This document shows positions 60,252 to 64,000 of a stretch of 64,000 bases of DNA, piece by piece (the first letter of the stretch is position 1; the number at the start of each line of letters is the position of its first letter). This DNA comes from Paragordius varius (taxonomy: Eukaryota > Animalia > Nematomorpha): NCBI GenBank assembly GCA_964247055.1, contig OZ176054.1:12400001-12464000 (forward strand), given 5' to 3'. Below the pieces are notes generated by a model. It ran no database searches and was not told the DNA's origin. It saw only the letters and a list, made by a program, of their open reading frames with translations. The position numbers and the translations under genes are program-made.

Positions 60252-62696
60252 ATGGAAATAGATGAATCTTTAAATTTGTTAAACATTTCAAATATGTCTC
60301 ATATAACCGCAAAAATATCTGATAGTATGGTTGTTGATTCATCTGAAGAATCATATTTGGATACGGAAGATAAATTTAATTATTCTTACAATATGAAAAC
60401 GAGGCATTTTGAAAGTTTTAATTATGACAATAAGGAAAATTATAGTAATCCGGCTGAAAGTATATTTATAATTGTAAAATTTAGAAACTATTGTTTTAAC
60501 GCCACGAAAATCATTACTTAAAAAACACGATGCGGTGAAAAGCGTTGTAGGTTTGTATTCTACACCTATGCTTCTTGGTAAGCCAAAAAAGGAGGTATCC
60601 TTTGGCAAAAAATTGACACCAGAACTTTTTGATAAAACTTTACCACCTAATACGCCATTGCAGAAAGGTAGAAGACCAGAAACTTTAACAAGAGAAAGTA
60701 TGATTATCCATTCTGAATCGGAATACGGATCTGTGATTGATGAAAGCTTAGACGATAAAAATAATATTTCAAACCTCAATTTGGTTGATTATTCAACGTC
60801 ATTGAATGATTCGAGTTCAAAAGAGGTTTAAATTTAAAATATAAATATAAAACATGAAAATTTATTGACAAATTGATTTTTTCAATATAATTTATCGTTT
60901 TGGGTTGCGAATCCCGTAATACATGTATTAATTGATGAGACCTATTTTTTTATTTAGCATATAGGTTAAATAGTAAAAAACGAGTTATTTTGACTTTATA
61001 AATTTATTTTCTCTGCATATCAAATATTAAAATTATAATTTAATTATGCAAAGGTTGAAGTTAACAAAGTTTCAGAAAGTTATCCTACAACGCTCACTAA
61101 CATAGTAAATTACGATATGACTGTCTTGGATTCGACTTCTAAGGTTAGTTCAACTTTTATTAATATAATAATTTTTTAAGGTACTTTTATACCCCAAATT
61201 CTTAAATCAAATATTAAAAAAGTTTTAATATCAATCCCCCCCTTTGAAAAAAAACCTTTGACAGTAAATCAATTCCTAATGTTGATAAATACGCTATTTT
61301 TATAGTATTTTTTTCATTTTCAGATTACTGAGGGGGAAAATAAAGTTCATGATGAATTAGAAGATGGTGTTACACCTAAAACTACTATTATAGAATCACA
61401 ACACTTTACCCTTAAAGATAATACAACAATATTTATTGAGAATAATAATATAAATAAAAATGCCCTTGAAAACAGCACATTTAACATGGAAAATAATAAT
61501 GCTGTTTCAAATGTTTCAAACAACTCAAAAGTGCAAAAAAGTCTGGCAAGTAAAATCCCTAAACCTGGTTCCCTTTGTACGACACCATACTATGAACGGA
61601 TTAGGGCAGTAAAGAATAAGACAGATAAAACCAAATTAGTTTGCTATTCAGTTGGAAGCAATAAAGTAGAATCTCTAAGAAAATCATCTCGAATACCTAA
61701 AACACCCTTAACTGTTCTTAAAACAACGCGGCACGCTAAAATGCCAGGGTTAGTTTTAGATAATAAGAATAATTCTAAATCTTTTACCTGGCAAAATTCA
61801 CTTATGGACCAAGAGAGCACTCCAAATGAAAAGGCTGAAAATGAAATTTTTATTTTAGAAACAACAACGGAAAAAATTAAAAATGTAACACCAGCTAGTA
61901 ACCATTTATTACCTTGGCCTAAAAGTATAGGCAAAATGCAGCATTTTAAAACCACGGGAAAATTTTGTGTTAATAATGATAAAAATATTGATAATTTCAC
62001 CCCAGAAAATGAAAATCAACAAAGTGGGAATTTATCAAATGATAAACTGGGAAACACTGCGTTTTTAAATGGAAAAAATAATGAATGTCCTAAAGATATA
62101 ATTGACTTTTCTCCGAACAAATCTTTGAAATGTGATGTGGATGATTCTTTGAAACAGACAGATAAAACCATGGATAGGTAATTTTATTAAAACAATATTT
62201 GTAACTAAAGGTATAGTATTCATCCCAAGTAGTTTTATTTTTGAAATATTTAGATAAATTCATATAAGGAAAAGCTTAAAATGGAAGAGTAATATTTTTT
62301 GTATGTTAAGAGTTTAATTTTCTACCAAAATTGCTTTTCTCTAGGACCCATTATTTATCAGAAGTGAAATATTATTTGATATGCTTGTTTTTAAATTAAA
62401 TCTAACATTTTTGTTAGTAGGGGGTTACATAATTTCAAGAAACCCACATACAGTATAAATTGAAATTATACGGACAAAACGTAAAAATATAAAGGTAAAA
62501 AATTGGGATATTTATATACAACTCATTGTTTTGAATTGCATAGGAGGAAATGGACATGTATAAATGTAACAATATCAATTACATGTTTTACATTTGTAAT
62601 AGGAGAAATTAGGGTTTAAAAAGTATGGTTTTCTTTTGAAAAAAATATTCGTTTTTACACTTTTACGTTTTATCCGTATATTTTTAATTTTTACTG

Positions 62697-62734
<38 letters not shown>

Positions 62735-63771
62735 CTAAAATGTTATATTTTAAACATTTTATAGTGATAGTATAAAAGCTCCTATATATATTTATATATA
62801 ATTATCAATATTTCAAATAGTCTAAGCAATACAGAGAACTCTATTGGTTTTGATAAATCTTCCAACAATAAAGATTTGACTAGTGTTGAAAAAACACCAC
62901 GCCGCTCATCTACTAGAATATCTTGCGTAAGCCAATTATAATTATGAATTTTTTTAAATAAGCGTTTTTTACTTATCTTTTTTCAATTATATGATTATTT
63001 TCAAATGTACCCTCTCGTAAGACTTATTTAAAAAATGTGTTGAAATTTTAATTTTGTGAGAAGATTTTAGCAAATATAAAATTTCGCATTAATTTAGTAT
63101 TTAACCGCCAAAGTTTTTTGGAGCGCTGCATATGTCCATGTTTAAATTATGGGATTTTTACACCAAAAAAATAAACTTTTTCATTTTATAATTAATTTTT
63201 TTGAATGTTCTCATAATCCCATAGAAAACTCAACCATCGACTCCTGCTATATCGATTACATCAAATAAAACCATAAACGAAACCCCTATAACTAACAAGA
63301 CTCATTCACCCAATAATAATTTCGACAACTCTATAAACTGTTGTGAATCAATCCAAAATTCTGTTTTAGACAAAGATACCAGCTCTATATCTAACTTTAG
63401 TGAAAAAACTGATCCTCATTTGCTAGGTAAAGATATTCGAATAATTGTAACTTCATGTACACCCCATATTGAAAGTGAAAATGAAAATACCACGATAGAA
63501 AAACCTAAAAATGTAGCAAATCCTTCTACATTGGAAGAAATCTTAAGCGGAACTGATCAAAATATCGTAAATGTGAGTGATGGAAATATTTCCAATGTTG
63601 TACAACACAACACACTCTTAAACAATACAAAAGGACAAAATAATGAAACAATAATCGAGAACAAAGAAGATACCATAGAAAATGTTTTAACATTAAATAA
63701 TACGTCCAATAATAAGATTAATCCTGGTAATAATATTGATGATTTTGAAACTAAACCTCAGAAATCAATGG
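60252..63771 (+). CDS. Ki-67/Repo-Man (CDCA2)-like protein with a PP1-binding domain; continues beyond the window
   Basis: KKEVSFGKKLTPELFDKTLPPNTPLQKGRRP matches the Ki-67/Repo-Man motif (RVSFGxxLxPELFDxxLPPNTPLKRGxxP). Phase-consistent exons: 60252-60459 (or -60444), 60485-60825, 61054-61143, 61324-62177, 62821-62926, 63225-63771. Many S/T-P sites. Confidence 0.8.
62449..62698. mobile_element. Family B MITE in an intron of the Ki-67-like gene
   Basis: TACAGTATAAATTGAAATTATACGGAC...TTTTTACTGTA. Confidence 0.85.
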
Positions 63772-64000
63772 GTGAAAAGAAATGTAATTTATATTACTTA
63801 CTTTTTTGAAAAAATTAGATATTTTTAATTTGCTAAAACGCGCAGTAAATGATTTTATATATCGGTTATTAATTGTATATGATTTTTTTTTTCATTAATT
63901 AAATTTAATAATTAGATTTATAAATCTGTATTATATTTGAATCATATAAAAAGGCATTTAAAATTTTTTAAAAGGCCTAAAAGTGTAAGATAAAATTAAT

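Noticed and set aside
1-64000. tRNA, rRNA or snRNA genes
   Set aside because: No cloverleaf with A/B boxes and no rRNA-like segment was recognised by eye; tRNAscan-SE or Infernal would be needed to exclude them.

Overview
Very AT-rich animal (invertebrate-type) nuclear DNA, not prokaryotic. Protein genes reconstructed by hand: the 3' part of a divergent class A peptide-type GPCR (1-725, +, one in-frame TGA); an intronless 229-aa ORF resembling kinetochore Nsl1 (6740-7429, -); a complete 31-exon TIMELESS/Tim-1 gene (11390-32235, -); a stand-alone intronless MoaC/MOCS1B gene with a mitochondrial-type leader (32308-32832, +) head-to-head with TIMELESS; a two-exon GPI-anchored Ly6/uPAR gene (32987-34858, +); an 18-exon GON4L/Mute gene (35739-52350, -); an orphan zinc-finger gene (57821-59800, +); and a Ki-67/Repo-Man-type PP1-docking gene (60252 to beyond the window, +). 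Introns and intergenic DNA are packed with non-autonomous DNA transposons: several TA-flanked MITE families, TTAA piggyBac-type MITEs, hAT elements with 8-bp TSDs, a decayed hAT transposase, and a composite Helitron with a 478-bp tandem array. The most unusual feature is the intron architecture. Homology-required GT-AG introns of only 26-28 nt (candidates at 24-25 nt) sit in the same genes as kb-scale MITE-inflated introns, and the TIMELESS-moaC-Ly6 cluster is spaced very tightly (72 and 154 bp), which suggests operon or trans-splicing organisation. Homology statements come from my recall of the protein families, not from database searches.
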